A DNA stretch of 64,000 nt from the human T2T-CHM13v2.0 reference genome, Homo sapiens: the NCBI RefSeq assembly GCF_009914755.1, contig NC_060946.1; one strand, written 5' to 3'. Below are positions 1 through 18,909 of this stretch, piece by piece. The first letter of the stretch is position 1; every line of letters begins with the position of its first letter. Made by a program: the position numbers and the translations under genes. Below the pieces are notes generated by a model. It had not been told where the DNA came from. It worked only from the letters and a program-made list of their open reading frames with translations, and ran no database searches.

Positions 1-1254
1 CATCCCAGGTGGCAGGCACTAAGCCTCATTTGTTTGCCGCTGCACCCTGGGGCCAGCCCGCGGTCTGGTGCACAGCAGGTGCTGGCGTGCACCTACTCTG
101 GGTACCACCTACACTGCTGTGGGATTTCAGGAAGAAGGCGCTGTCCAGGGAGACACAGTGAGGCATGATGGGAAAAGCCACACCTGTGTTGTTTTTCCAG
201 TTTTGACCAGAAACACACTTTTGGGAAATGCTTGGACACTCTCTCCTCTAATGTCCAGCCACAGTGCTAGTGCCAAGAAGCCCCACAAGATTCACCTGTC
301 TCCTCTGGGTCATCCCTGGAATCTCAGGGCCACGGTGATGGGGAAAGAGCTGGGACCTTGAGAAGCAACAGCCACCTTCTCTGAGGCCAGGCAGGGGGCT
401 GAGGGTCTTTGTATGTTAGGTCTTGAAGTCTCATGTGATCCAAGACAAAAGGATCTTAAGTTACCCCCATTAGACAGATGAGGAAACTGAGGCCTGAAGA
501 GGTCAAGGACCTTTCTTGTTGGGCGGGAACACAGAGTTCCTTGGGAAGCCAGGACATCCTGGCTGTGTGACCCTGGGTGAGTGACCTAACTTCTCTGAGC
601 CTCAATCTCTTTAATGTGGAGGGGAAAATACCTATTTCTTGGAGCCATTAGGAGAATCCAAAAAAACAGAGGATGTTCAAGCCACCCCACTGGGAGATGC
701 TGAGAAGCTAAGCAGTCTCATTTTCCATGTCCCCAAATGCCCCTGCCACAGGGCCCCTCCCCAGAGGACCAGAGGGACAGGTGCAGGAATGTGTCAATGG
801 TGTGACACCCCTGAGGGTCCCCCTTACTTAAGAGACCCACAGGCAGCCAGGACCAGAGAGGAACCTTATGCACAGACCACCATGGGCAACCCTCACCCCA
901 TTTTCCGGATGAAGAAATTGAGGCTTACAGAGAGGAAGGGACTTGCCCAAGATCTCCCAGCCAGTGGGTGGCAGAGCAAGGCTAGATCCTGTTACCCAAT
1001 TCAGAAAGGCCCACATGGTAAGCATCGCTGCTATTTCATGGCTGGAAATGGAGTTGGAGAGAGCAGAGACCATGTTTTCATCTAGTGCCTGTAGAACTCT
1101 GAGGCCTGGCCCTAGAATGGAGTGGAGGAGGGGAATGGGGCAGGTGGAAGGGGCCCCAGCACCCAGGTATCACCTGACCACCACCGAAGCCCACCCCCAC
1201 GGAGGAAGGATGGAGCATTCAAGGAACCCAGAGACCACAGGGCACGCATGGCTA

Positions 1255-1824
<570 letters not shown>

Positions 1825-2700
1825 CTATTGGTTGAAAGATGAAGGCAGCTGGAGGTGTCACGGGGCAGGGAGAGGTGGAGCAGGAGGGAACAGAATACCC
1901 AACAGAAGGGGTGCCTGAGCTAAGGCAGAGGCTTGAGCCACTGGACATCATGAGGCACCCACACACACAGCGGCAGGAGCAGGGATGGGGCTGCCGAGAG
2001 GCCAGGCAGAACCTGGTGGGGCCTGGCGCACACAGCTAGGGAGGCTGATGTCATCCTGTCCACTGGAATCCCAGGCTGGATTCGCCAGTTTACCGAAGAG
2101 AGGATTTCAAATGAAAGTGAAAATTAAGTGCCAAATGATTCAACCTCAATTAGCAGCACACATTCTTCCATGCAGAGCTGAGCCCTGCCTTCCTCCCCGG
2201 GGTCGGGGAGGCAGTCATGACGGAGCAACAGGAATGGGCTCAGCTCTGTTCTAGAAACTGGCGCGATGGCAGGGAGTGAGGCAGATAAGGGCCCTGTCCT
2301 CAGGGAGCTTCCATCCAAGAGGAGGAGTGGCAGCAAAGGAGCAGCAAGATGAAGTCGGGCTGTCGGGGGGCCTATGAAGACAGCCAAGCAGGGTGGTGGG
2401 ATGGAGAGGGCAGGTTGGAGACGGGGGGCTGCTGTAGACAGGGGGTCAAGGAGGCGATGTTTAAGCAGGGAACTGAATGACAGGAAGCAGGGAGGGTTCT
2501 GGGTGTCATAAAGGGGAGTGAAGAGGTTCGGGGGAGGCAGAGATCATCAAGGCAGTCTGTGTACTTGGAGTGAAGTGGGTAAGGGGTGTGGTAAATGAGG
2601 CTGGGGAGACGGGGGCTGTTGTTCACGGTTTGCGCATTAAGATGAGTTTTAAGTGTGAAGGGAGCCACAGGAGAGATTTAGGCCAGGTTAACTTTCAGTT

Positions 2701-3023
<323 letters not shown>

Positions 3024-3706
3024 TAACTTTCAGTTTTAAAAGCTCACCAGGGCTTCCGTCGAGCTTGGTTCTAACGAGGTGAGGTGTAAGGGGGCGCCCC
3101 TCTATGCCACAGGCACACGAGGGCACTGTCTTCCTGCCATGTTTCTGTATCCCCAACACCTAGCACGGGGCCATCCACAGAGCAGACTCAGGCTCCCCAT
3201 CTGCGAAACGGGGGATTTGATGCAAAGAACTCACAGGGCCCTGCCGGCTCCAATATAGGGTCTATACAACAGAGCAGGCGGCAAGAGCCAATCACAGTGC
3301 AGCCCCACGAGTCCTGGCAACTGATTGGCTGCTCAGGAAGGTGTCAGTTCCGAAGGTTCAGGTCCATCCCTTTGCTGTTAACCCCTCATGGCTGGCAGCA
3401 TGGGGAGCCAGCTCTCAGGCTTATCTGATCTTGTATCTGCAGCAGGGGCCTCCCCAACCCCCAGCAAACCTACCATCCTCAGCCCAGAAGCTCTCTCCGC
3501 CTTAATCTCAGGTGCCAGAGATTTGGGGCTGCCTGTTTTTCCCAACCCACCTTCTCTCCCTCTTCCCCCTCCAATGTCAAGGGCCCAGTGTGACTATTTT
3601 ACCCTCCCTTCACAGGGGCACAGGCATTGGCAGTAGCAGGATCCCGCTCTGGGGTCTCGTCTGGGGCTGAGAAACTTTGTGCCTGAAGCCATATGAGGGT
3701 GTGAGG

Positions 3707-3884
3707 CAGGATTCACCACAGAACTTGCAAGACCCAGTGCAAAATGGAAGTACAGGGCCCATGCTCAAAAATGATTAAGAATTTCAAGATGTAGACATCA
3801 GAGTATTAAACAAGGTGCAGGACCCTTCTGAGCATGGGGCCCTGTGCAATTGGATAGGTGGCCACACGCATGGAGCTGGCCCTA
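3707..3884 (-). mobile_element. MER45A-like hAT non-autonomous DNA transposon
   Basis: Full-length similarity to the recalled MER45A consensus in reverse (cccagtgcaaaatg...aagaatttcaagatg...ggggccctgtgca). Confidence 0.7.
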
Positions 3885-6068
3885 CTGGGATACCTTCACC
3901 CAATCCTTCGGAGAGACTTGGGAAGGTAGATCTGGTCGGGCCTATTTCTCCAGCTTCTGTGATGTTGTCCAGGACAACAAAGTCCACTAGGGGCCACCAG
4001 GGATCAGGGACCTCCAGGCTGCTGAGAGCACCTGGCCATAACCTGGCCTCAGCAGCCTCAGCCATCCATCTCAACGTACAAGGGAGGTGCCTGGGGAAGG
4101 AGCTTGGGACTTCCAAGCCTCTACCTCTTATAGAAAAGGAGATTGAGGCTCAGAGAGGGGAAGTGATTGGTCCAAGGTCCTTCAGCAAGTGGGTCCTTCA
4201 ACTCAGCCAAGATGCACAAAGGCGGGACAAGGTCTCAAGCCAGCATCCAGAGACCCAGGGACAGAGGCAGTGACAACACACTGCTGGTGACCATGGCCTT
4301 GAGCAGGAGCTGCCTCACCTAATTCTCCCTCCCTGCTCAGGTTTGCAGCCAGCCCTCCCTTGGCACTTAGAGGCACCTGATAAACGTTTGATAGTTGATG
4401 GTGAGTGGGCAGGAATCCTTGTTCCCATTTTGTATATAAGGACAGGACCAGAGAGGGGCACTCACCAGCATCAGGACCGAGCTGGGGCAAAAGCGGCTTT
4501 CTAGGCTCTCTGCTAGGGTTTCCCTGCCCTCTCCTGGCTGCCTGCCTTCCTCTAGCCTGGGCCAGGGCATCTAAGGCAGCTGAGCAGAGTGTCCCGGGGA
4601 GAGACAGCAGCAGAGAGAGCCCAGCCCACCCAAGTCTGGGGTTGGGGGTTGGGTAGTGAGGAATCCTCTGGGGTGGGTTGGAAGCATCTCGGCTCCAGGC
4701 TCTCTTCTCCCTTCTGCCTGCCCTCCTCTTCCTAGGAGAGCCTGATCCCTGCCCCTGAAAGGGGGGTTCATTAAGATCAAGAAATGAGGGCCCCAGCGAG
4801 GTTCTGCATGGACCTTGGCTCTGAAGCTGGACAGGACCGTGTAAGCCTGGGAGGCAAGCCTCTTAGTGGCTGTGAGGCTCAGCTTCCCCATGGGTGTCCT
4901 GTGCATGCTAATAGCCATCTCCCAGGGGGATCAAATGAGATCACACATGTGTGACATCTTGCGCAGGGGCCAGCATGTGGCAGGCCTTTGCTAGATGGTG
5001 GCTATGATCGATCTTCCTGTGGTCCTTCCACGATGTCCAAGTCAGGTCAACTCAAAACACATGTGTTGTGTGTAAGGTAATGCATGTGTCATACCATGTA
5101 GAAGACACTGTGCTGAGATAATGGGAGACCCACAAAGAGCTGGCCATGGCTCCCTGCCCTCCACAGGCTCATAGTCATGGGAGAGATCAGATAAAGTCAC
5201 TCTGGGGAGTGGAGACCCCTTCGTGGTAGATCAGAAAGGCTTCCCGGAGGAGGGGGCACTGGAGCTGCGCCTGGAGGCTTTAGACAGGTGGATGTGGGGA
5301 GAAAAAGCACTATGGGGAGAGAGAACAGCTTGAGCAAAGGCCCTGGGGTAGAAATGTGCAGGGAGCTTGTGGCGAACAGTAGGGTCCGGAGGAGGCAGAG
5401 TGTGAAGCAAAGTAATGGGTAATAAGGCCAGGTGGGAGGTTGAGTGAAGGCCATCAGGAGCCTTGAGTGCCATGCTAGGGAGTCGGGGAAATGTCCTAGG
5501 AGTGATGGGGACCCCTGAGGGCTGGCCAGGGAGGGGCTGGTGCCTCCCCAGTCATCCTTCCCTCCTGAGTCTGACACCAACACGCTCCCTCCACGTCCGA
5601 TGACAGCCCTGCCTCCGCATCCTGCAATAGAGCGCAGGGCCTCCCAGGCCTGCAGACAGCTCTGTTCCACCCCTCAGCATGCCTTGTCCCCAGGTGTCCC
5701 TGTTCCTTGGAGTCAGGCTCTCTGGATCACCTCCTCCAGCAGCCTGCTTCCGCAGAAGCTCCTCTCCCAGCTCCTGCTCTTGCCTGAGCCAGCCTTCTCC
5801 TCCACGTCCCTTTGCTTGGAGGCCCAGCCTAAAGGCCACCCCTCCTCCCTTCTACCCCTTCCTCCATACCCCATCCCGGGTTCTGGGAGCCCCCAGCACC
5901 TCTCAGCGCCAGTGCTGCCTTCTTGGCTGGACTGTCAGGCAGCTCCACTGGGCTGGAGGCTGTGGGTGCCCACACAGGGTCTGGCCCACAGGAAGTGCCT
6001 GAAAGGGGGGTCGACTTGGTGACGGTCTCTCCCCTCCTCCCACCACCCCACATATCCCCAGGAACTCA

Positions 6069-6227
<159 letters not shown>

Positions 6228-6289
6228 TCAGCATCCACCCAGCCTAGCCCTCTGGGCCTCCGTCTCCCCATGTGAGATGCCCCCTGTCT

Positions 6290-6430
6290 GTGTTCTCACA
6301 CCCGAGAGCCTGCAAGTCATGTGGATGTTTGTTAAAGTGGAGACTTCAGGGTCCAGCCCCAGAGATTCTGATCCACAGGTGTGCGCAGAGCTGGCAATCC
6401 GCTTTTCCCACAGGCTTCTCCAGGGGCCAG
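6290..6430. mobile_element. MER5A-like fragment
   Basis: gttctca...ttgttaaa...ccccagagattctgat is the characteristic MER5A core. Confidence 0.55.
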
Positions 6431-6489
6431 TGATGTGGGACAGAGGGTGCCCAGCAGACCCAGGCAATGCCGAGGGGCCCCCGACGCCT

Positions 6490-6680
6490 GACCTGGGCTT
6501 CAAATCCCAGCTGTACCACCTACCAGTGGTATGATCTTGGACAAGTCACTTAACCTGCCTCTGCCTCAGTTTCTCCATCTAGAAAATAGAGATGAGCCCA
6601 TCCTCATAGGAGTGTGCTGAGGAGTAAATCCAACGAGGCCTATCAAAGCACTGAGCACAGGGCCTGATGCATGGCAGCAG
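6490..6680 (+). mobile_element. MIR
   Basis: ttcaaatcccagct...tgatcttggacaagtcacttaacc...cctcagtttc MIR core. Many other MIR fragments occur (e.g. ~6760-6920, 43160-43380, 50780-51000). Confidence 0.75.
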
Positions 6681-7463
6681 CCGATGGCTGCTAGGGAAGA
6701 CCTGACCCTGCTCTTCCCTCTCACCTCCCCCATGGAGCTGAGCAGTTACCAGGTCAGGGTTTGAGTCAGAGTGGTCTGGGTTCAAATCCTGTGAGGCTTT
6801 GGGCAAATTACTTAGCTTCCCTGAACTTTCATTTTCCCACCTGTAAAATGGACCTATTAGGTTTGGTGAGAGGATAAATAGAGAAGGCTAGATTAACCCC
6901 AGAGCTGGTACATAGGAAGGAAGTGATAACGCGCGCCTCCTCCACCCTCAGCATGCGAGGCTGGGAGCGGGTGCAGGTAGCTCAGCCGAAGCCCAGAGGC
7001 CAAGGGACAGCTCTGGGCCTTCCCCTGCCCTGCGTGGTTTTGTCACTTCCTGCTCAGAGAAGACAGCTCATCCTCTCCTCCTACCATCGCCCTCCCCTGG
7101 GCCTGCCACCGAGGTAATTTTGAATGACTGGAACGTTAACCCTTGACTTCCGCCCGCCCCTCCTCCGATCAGATACAAAGCAGAAGTGAACAGGGCTGGG
7201 GCAGGCGAGGGCAGATAAGGAGCCATGCATCAGAATCAGCTGAGGCTGGTGGACAAATGGGCCCGCCCCCACCTAGATGGGTCACAGCCAAAGTCGGGGC
7301 CACAGGGCCCAGGCCAGGAGAGCTGAGTCTCTCAAAGCCTTGGGCTGCTCCTCTGTAGAATGGGAAGGCTGGACAGGAGGCCCCCTTCCAGCTAGAACAT
7401 GCCCCAGGGTGAGCCTGTAGGCTGGACCCTAAGATGTGGCTGCTGGCAGGCATGACAGATTGA

Positions 7464-7782
<319 letters not shown>

Positions 7783-8596
7783 TGGACCTGTCATTTTACA
7801 GATGAGGAAACTGAGGCCCCCAGGGGACAAGACAGCCTGAAGTCACTGGGATCTGACAACTGAGAAGGGTCTCAGCCCAGCCTGCCCCTCCCCTGCCGAC
7901 CCCACAATCACCCTCCCATCCTTTAGCCTCCTCCTTCCCTCTCTGTCTCTCAATGTCCCCTTGCCTCTTCTGCTCCTCACCCACATCCCCCACACATCCT
8001 CCCCAACCCGGTAGGCTGAGGGGAGGGGAGAGAAAGTGGAGGGGGTGCTAGAAGGCACATACTACAAGCAAGACAGCCACTCAGCTTATCTCAAGCGACC
8101 CCACAGCATCCCCAGGGCATAGGCCTCCTCCCAGATGAATAAGCTGAGGTTCAGAGAGGTGCTGTGACTTGCCCAAGGCCACACAGCGGCACCAAGCCAG
8201 TGACGACAGCCCAGGTCAGCCTGGGGACAAAGGCTGAATTTCAGGTTTCCCACTTCCCTCCTGCATCCACAGAGTAAAGACTGAGGCTTGCCTCCGTGGG
8301 AGACCTGCCCCCAGCTTTTGGGGTGCAGGTGAGGAGCCCTGGGCACTCTCACCCATAGTCCTGCACCCTCCACCGAGATGGCTTCTGGGGTGGGGTGGGG
8401 CTGAAGAGGGTGAAGCTCCCCTCAGCCCACCCCCGGGTGCTCCCTGTGGGCCCTCGGAGAAGGAAGCGTCCCCTCCAAGCTGCCTTCCAGGGACGCCTAG
8501 TTCTGCAGGGCCAGGGGCTTCCCCAGGGGCACCAGGGCGGAAGGATCTCAGGGCATCCCAGTTGGGGGCTGTGAGGAAGTCCAGCCAGGTACCTAC

Positions 8597-8631
8597 CCAT
8601 CTCCCACCACCACACACTTGATGGCCTGCAT
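8597..8631 (-). CDS. RAC2: RAC2 coding exon 1 (MQAIKCVVVGDG; codon 12 split GG|G)
   Basis: Reverse complement reads ATG CAG GCC ATC AAG TGT GTG GTG GTG GGA GAT GG|gtaggt, the Rac N-terminus, followed by a canonical donor. Confidence 0.97.
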
Positions 8632-8739
8632 CGTGTCCGGAGCCTGGAGAGTGTCGGTGGTGACAGCTCAGGGCCAGGCGCGTTTCTGCGGGCGCAAGGG
8701 GTGTGGAGGCTGGTGAGGCGCCTGCTGAGGAGCAGCGGT

Positions 8740-8965
8740 GGTGGGGCAGGAGGAAACGGAAGGGGAACTTACTCAAGCTGCTCTCCCCACGGTCGTTTGC
8801 AGGGGGCGGAGCATGCGGTCTGGCAGAGCAGCTGGTGGGAGGGGCGCTCAGGTGCTGGGCTGAGCCCTGGCCATCCCCACAGGCCCCCTGCGTGGAGGCT
8901 CCAGCAGGAGACCTGGGGGCCCTCTGTGCTGGGAGGCTCACTTCCTGTCCACGGGGCGGGCCCAG
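8740..8965 (-). promoter_or_regulatory. RAC2: RAC2 TATA-less proximal promoter
   Basis: Upstream of an ATG-free 5' leader: three GGAA cores (8752-8767), GC boxes (8803-8811, 8953-8960), RUNX TGCGGT (8814-8819) and ETS CACTTCCTGT (8939-8948). Confidence 0.7.
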
Positions 8966-10274
8966 AGGCTGTTCTCCAAGAACTTGAGGGTTCCAAGAAT
9001 TCAGTGCACTTCAATTCTAAGCAGAGCATTTAATGAGTGCCTGCTGTGTGCCAGGCACAGTACCAGGTGCTGGTGATCCCAGGATGCAAGAGACAGCTGG
9101 TCCCTGGAGTTTATACCCTTTGCAGAGAGGGAGGCATGACTTCATCATGGGAGATCATAACAGAGACAGGAAGTGATTGAGGCAACGGGGGAATCTACAG
9201 AGAGGACCTCAGGGTTACCGAGATGGAGAGCTGGGGGCCTGCAAGCTAGCATTGGAGCTGGCTCTTGAAACGTGCGCCCTAAAGAGGGAACTCCAGGTGG
9301 GGGGAGATTGCTTGAGCCAGGACCCAGAGGCTCCCCCAGGCAAGGGCCTGTGTGGGAGTCCCTGGGTGGGAGGATGTGGGGCGATGAGGCAGGAAGGGAA
9401 GGTGGGGTCCGCTGATGGAGAAGGGCACATTGAGGGGAAGTGGCGGGCAGTGCCCCACAGGAGCCAAGCCTATTCTGAGGCCGCCCTGGGGGACCAGGCA
9501 CCCTGGAGCTAGAACTGTGGCCCATTTCCCTGATGCGAAAACTGAGGGTCTGAGAAGTCATTTGACCACCTAGCCTGAAACCAGCCCTAGGCTCAGGTGA
9601 CTCCAAGCTCTTCTCCAAGCTGCAGCTATTGGCTCCGGCTGCTGTTTGAAGGGACAAAACCTGAGTTCTGCAGCTTGCAGGGCGCTCCCTTCGCCACGAG
9701 GGCTCTCCACATGGACTCGGGTGAATATTCGACCACCCCAGTTGGCACCAAGTTCACTGTTCATTGCTATCACTCCCCACCCACACACCTTTCCAGCTCC
9801 GGGGGGAAGGGACGGAGGGGCGGGGAGAGGAAGAGCCACTGGTCACCCACCCCGGACTCGTCACTCGGGACAAGCCAGGAACTCCAAAGGAGGGTGCAGA
9901 GGGCCAGGGCCTGCTGGCTGGCAGAGCGCAGGATTCCCACCAGGCACCCGGAGGCTGAACCTTTTCAGAGCAATTCACACAAGTTACTGGGTTCACAACA
10001 TTGACTTTTACAGAAAGGGAAATGCAACTTCCTCAAGCGCTGGGCAAGTCAACTGTTAAAGCTACCGGCAAACCGGTGTCTTTCCTCTGCACTTTGCATA
10101 CGCTGTGCTGAGACTGTGGGTCAGAGAGGCCAGGTGTGCCCCGTGACCACCCTGGGGCTTCCTCCCTCACAGGCCACCTGAGGACTTTGTTCTGGATACT
10201 TCTCTATGCCCCTTTCTTTTTCCATCCACTGCTAGTCCACGGGGCAACCTCTGTGTTAATTTAAATAATAATAA

Positions 10275-11270
<996 letters not shown>

Positions 11271-11363
11271 TTTTGTTTAAAAAAGGGAAGAGAAAAGAAT
11301 AATGCGCTTCTTTAAGAATGCACAGCCAATGGGTGCAGCCACCTGACTTGGAAAGCAGTGTAG

Positions 11364-11730
<367 letters not shown>

Positions 11731-12244
11731 CTTTTTTTTTTTTTTTTTTTTTTTTTTTTGCAGTACACAACCCACTCAACTGTACATGGCCATGACGGTC
11801 CTAAAATTGCAACTGCCCTCCCTCCCAAGAAAGCCACTTCTCCAGGGCAGCCCAAGCAAAAATTCTCCTTAGCTTAAGCCATTGATTCTCTCCTTCATTC
11901 TGCATGCATCAATGATACACCACCTGAATACCCAGCTCTGGGCTTGGTACTGTAGTGAATACAAAACATGGAAGAACAGAAAGCTATCCCTGAAGCACTC
12001 TAACCCACACCAAGAATGACACAGGAGCCCTGGAACCACTCTCTGGGAATGTCCCCCATCTGCAGGTGGTCCTGGGATTGTGTGGACAGGCCAGGGTTGG
12101 CAGGATGGCCAGATGGAGGAGTGAAGCCACTTGGACGACAGCAGTCAGGCCCAAGTCTACGTGACCAAGTCCATGATGCAGCGGCACTGACCTCTGCTCC
12201 AGCCCTCCTCGCCTTTTAGTTCTTTTTTTAAAAGTATCCATATG

Positions 12245-12935
<691 letters not shown>

Positions 12936-13981
12936 GTCCCATCCTCTTTTGACTACACTTTGCAAACTCACTGAATCACAGAACCACGAGGCCTCTGGGC
13001 ATGCTTAGAAGGGGCCTAAGGCCATCTGTATTCAACCCACCCTTGTGCCATTGATAGACAATGCTTGGCTCACTGCCCATGATGCAGCTGCCCAGTCCCT
13101 GCTTACATACCTTCAATGACAGGGAGCTCATTCCCTTAAGGGGCAGTCTCTTTCACTCCTGGCTAGCCTGGCCTGTTAGAAAACCCTTCCTCATTTTCAG
13201 CCCAAATCCTTCCCTTGGATTGTCCTCATAGAGGTGCTACCTCTTGTTCTGGGGCCACTCAGGGTCAGTCAGCTCCCTCCTCCTCACCACAGGCCTTCGA
13301 ATTTGGGAGGCACAGTCCCACCCAGCAGTGTGCTGGGAAATGTTCAACTTAGAGTTCCAGTTTAGTTATTTTTCTGGTAAATATTCCAGTATATGAATGT
13401 ATTGAAATGTTATTTATCCAATTCATGCAGATAATGACATTAAATACATATCACACAAAAACTAAAAACAGTCAATATATCGCCACACCCTAAATTCTGT
13501 CCAAAGTGTGTAAAGACCTACTCATATTTATTTCGTTTTTCCTTTTTTGAGACAGGGTCTCACTCTGTTGCCCAGGCTGGAGTGCAATCATGGCTCACTG
13601 CAGCCTACATCTCCCGGGCCAGGATTTGTAAGTGGCTTGCAATGTTTGCACTACAAACGATTCTGCTGTGAACATCCGTGTGCTCCTGGGCTGGTGTGTG
13701 AGGTTTAGCATACACACACATATCTTGCACTTCAACGGACAGTGCTACGCCCATCTCCAGGGGCCTCCTCGTCTACTCCCAGCCCATGCTTGGCCTGTAA
13801 GACTTCATACTTTTGCCAGCTAGATGGGTGTGAATTGGCATCTCACTGAGGTTTTAATTTATATTAACTGATTCCCAGTGGTATTAAGCATCATTGTAAG
13901 TGATTACTGGACCTTGTGTTTCCTGTTCCATAAATTGCTTTTTCTTCACTTTTCTCCATTTCTCTATTGGAGCATTTATCT

Positions 13982-14306
<325 letters not shown>

Positions 14307-14487
14307 AGTATTTATCCTTCTCTTACATTTATTTGGAGAAGCTCTTTGCATATTCTGATTTTCATTTGAATTGCTAGAGGCATTTCATACTTTCTTCCAG
14401 TCCGTGGGATGTCTTTTAATATGTTGTGACATTTAATAGACACAATTTTTATCTGCATGTAGTCAAATTTCCACTTTCTCTCCTAAT

Positions 14488-14938
14488 TGAGGTAGGAGGC
14501 AGGGTTTGACTCAAGACCAGACTGAGGACTAGCAGAAATGGGGACGAGGCGAAAGCACCTCTTCATGAGACATGCCCACCAGCGCCATGTCAGTTTACCA
14601 TTGCCATGGCAACACCCGGACGTTACCACCCCTTTCCATAGCAACAGCCCGGAAACTACCACCCTTTTTCTAGAAAGTTCTAAATACCCCACCCCTTAAT
14701 TTGCATGTGACTAAAAGTGGGTATAAATATGACGGTGGACCTGCCCCTGAGCTGCTGCTCTCAGTACACTGCCCGTCAGGTAGCCCTACTCTGCAGGGGC
14801 ACTCGCGCAGCTGTAACACTGCCACCTCCATAAAGCTGTTTTCTTCCACCGTCAGCTCAGCACGGAATTCCTTCCTGAGAGAACCCAAGAACCTTCCAAA
14901 GCTAAGCCCCAATTTGGAGGCTCACCTGCCCTGCATCA
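14488..14938 (+). mobile_element. ERV1-class solo LTR (MER66-like)
   Basis: TG...CA termini, exact 4-bp TSD TAAT (14484-14487 / 14939-14942), TATA box gtataaata at ~14721. Confidence 0.8.
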
Positions 14939-15055
14939 TAATGACTTGTGTTTTTTGGAGTGAATCTTACTTAAAAATTCCTTTCCTTCCCCCAATTTCA
15001 TGAAGACGAATATCCTCATTTTCTTTTAAAGTTTTGCTTTTCATAAACAGGTCTT

Positions 15056-16252
<1,197 letters not shown>

Positions 16253-16357
16253 CATGTCAAGAGTCTATAAGTGCATGAGTCTTTTCCTAGCCTCTCCATC
16301 TATTGGACTCTTGGTCCACCCTCAAGCCGGTAAAACACTGCCTCAATTACTGCAGTT

Positions 16358-16660
<303 letters not shown>

Positions 16661-18128
16661 AACTACTGAAGTTCTATATCAGATCTTTATACCCAGCAGA
16701 GCAAATCATCCACTCTTGAATGTTTTCAAAATTGTTATCGTTACCACTGACACTTTGCTCTTTCATATAAAGTTCATAATAAGCTTGTCAAGTTCCAAGA
16801 AAAACTGTGTGAGGATTCTGATTAGAATTGTATTCAATTTCTAGAGGAACTTGGGGAGAAGTGACATCTTTATATATTGAGTCTTCCTGTCCATTAACAT
16901 GGTATATTGCTTCTTTATATCTTTCAATTAAGTTTTATAATTTCCCCCCGGAAAGGTCATGCACATTTTTTGAAAGATTCATTCCTTGATACCTTATTAC
17001 TTTCAGTGCCATTATAACTAATATTTTTTAAATTGAATTTTCTATTTGTTGCCCATACGTAGGGAAAATGTCACATTTTGTATATTGAACTTATATAGAA
17101 ACCTGGATGGAAATTCTCATTCTAATTTACGTAAAGATTTTGCTCCTAACAAGTCTACAGCTGTCTTTATAGACAGTCTTATCATTTATGAAAAGTGACA
17201 GTTTTATTTCTTCCTTCCCAATTTTTATAACGTTAATTCCTTGGCTTGTCTAGATCTTTTATTACAGGGCTGAAGGGAATCAGTGCTGGCAGGCAACCTT
17301 GTCTTATTTCTGATTTTAAAGAGACTGTTTCTAATGTTTCACCATTGAACCTGATGTCTACTGCAGGCTTTTGGTGGATATTATTGTCACTGAAAGAAGT
17401 TTCCCTACTATTCTTAGAAACGGCAGTTTTGTTTTATCATTATTAAGCGTTTAATTTGATTGAATGTCTTTTTCTGTACCCATGGAAATGTTGTGAATTA
17501 TATTAATACATTTTCTGATGTCCAATTCTCCTTGCATTCCCAGATAAGTCTAATTTAGTTAATATGGGGACTATTGCTGAGTATCCCTAAGCAACCGTTC
17601 TCTGCTTCTTTTTAATAACAGAGATCCCAGCATTGGGGCTAGCCACACATTCACCCAGCTAAAGACATTTCTCAGTCTCCCTTGCAGCAGAGTGGGCCCT
17701 ATGATCATGTCTGGGGGAAAAAGGTGCAAATGGAAGTGATGTCAGCAACTTCTGCATCATCTCCTTGGAAGCTAAACCATTTATCCTGTACAGCATTTTC
17801 CCCTCTCCCCACGGAGTAGGAAATAAAAACGCCAGAACAATCCTGGAACCATGTGGGGGCAACATAGAGCCAGACCACTCAGCTCGAGACCTGAGAGAGA
17901 AATACACTTTTGCTTCTTTAAGCCACTGCGTTTTCAGATCTCTTTGTTACAGCAGCTTCAGTCACACCCTCACTCAGTCAGTCATGATGCATCGCCTTTT
18001 GTGTATTGCTGGCTTGAAATTGCCAATATTTACAGGTAGGGTGGGGAGATCGGCCGGTCATTTTCCTTATATTGTCTTTGTCTTTTTTTGTTGTTGTTGT
18101 TATCAAGGTTATACTAGTTTCATTATGA

Positions 18129-18448
<320 letters not shown>

Positions 18449-18574
18449 AGTTTGGATAATATTACATTATCTCTCCCTTAAATATTTTATAAAATTTATA
18501 AAGCCATCTGTATCTGGACCTGGTTTCAGAATTATGGGGGAGAGGGGGAAGAGGGGTAGATTTTAAACTACTAA

Positions 18575-18909
<335 letters not shown>

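Noticed and set aside
3313-3330. MHC-II-type X-Y (SXY) module
   Set aside because: The X-like and Y boxes overlap rather than being about 20 bp apart, and there is no X2 box.
8216-8941. 241-aa minus-strand ORF over RAC2 exon 1
   Set aside because: Different frame from RAC2; runs through promoter and intron. A chance ORF in GC-rich DNA.
11731-11759. Poly-T tract as the tail of a processed pseudogene
   Set aside because: No ORF or TSD-bounded insert follows; more likely an expanded T-rich target site next to the Alu.
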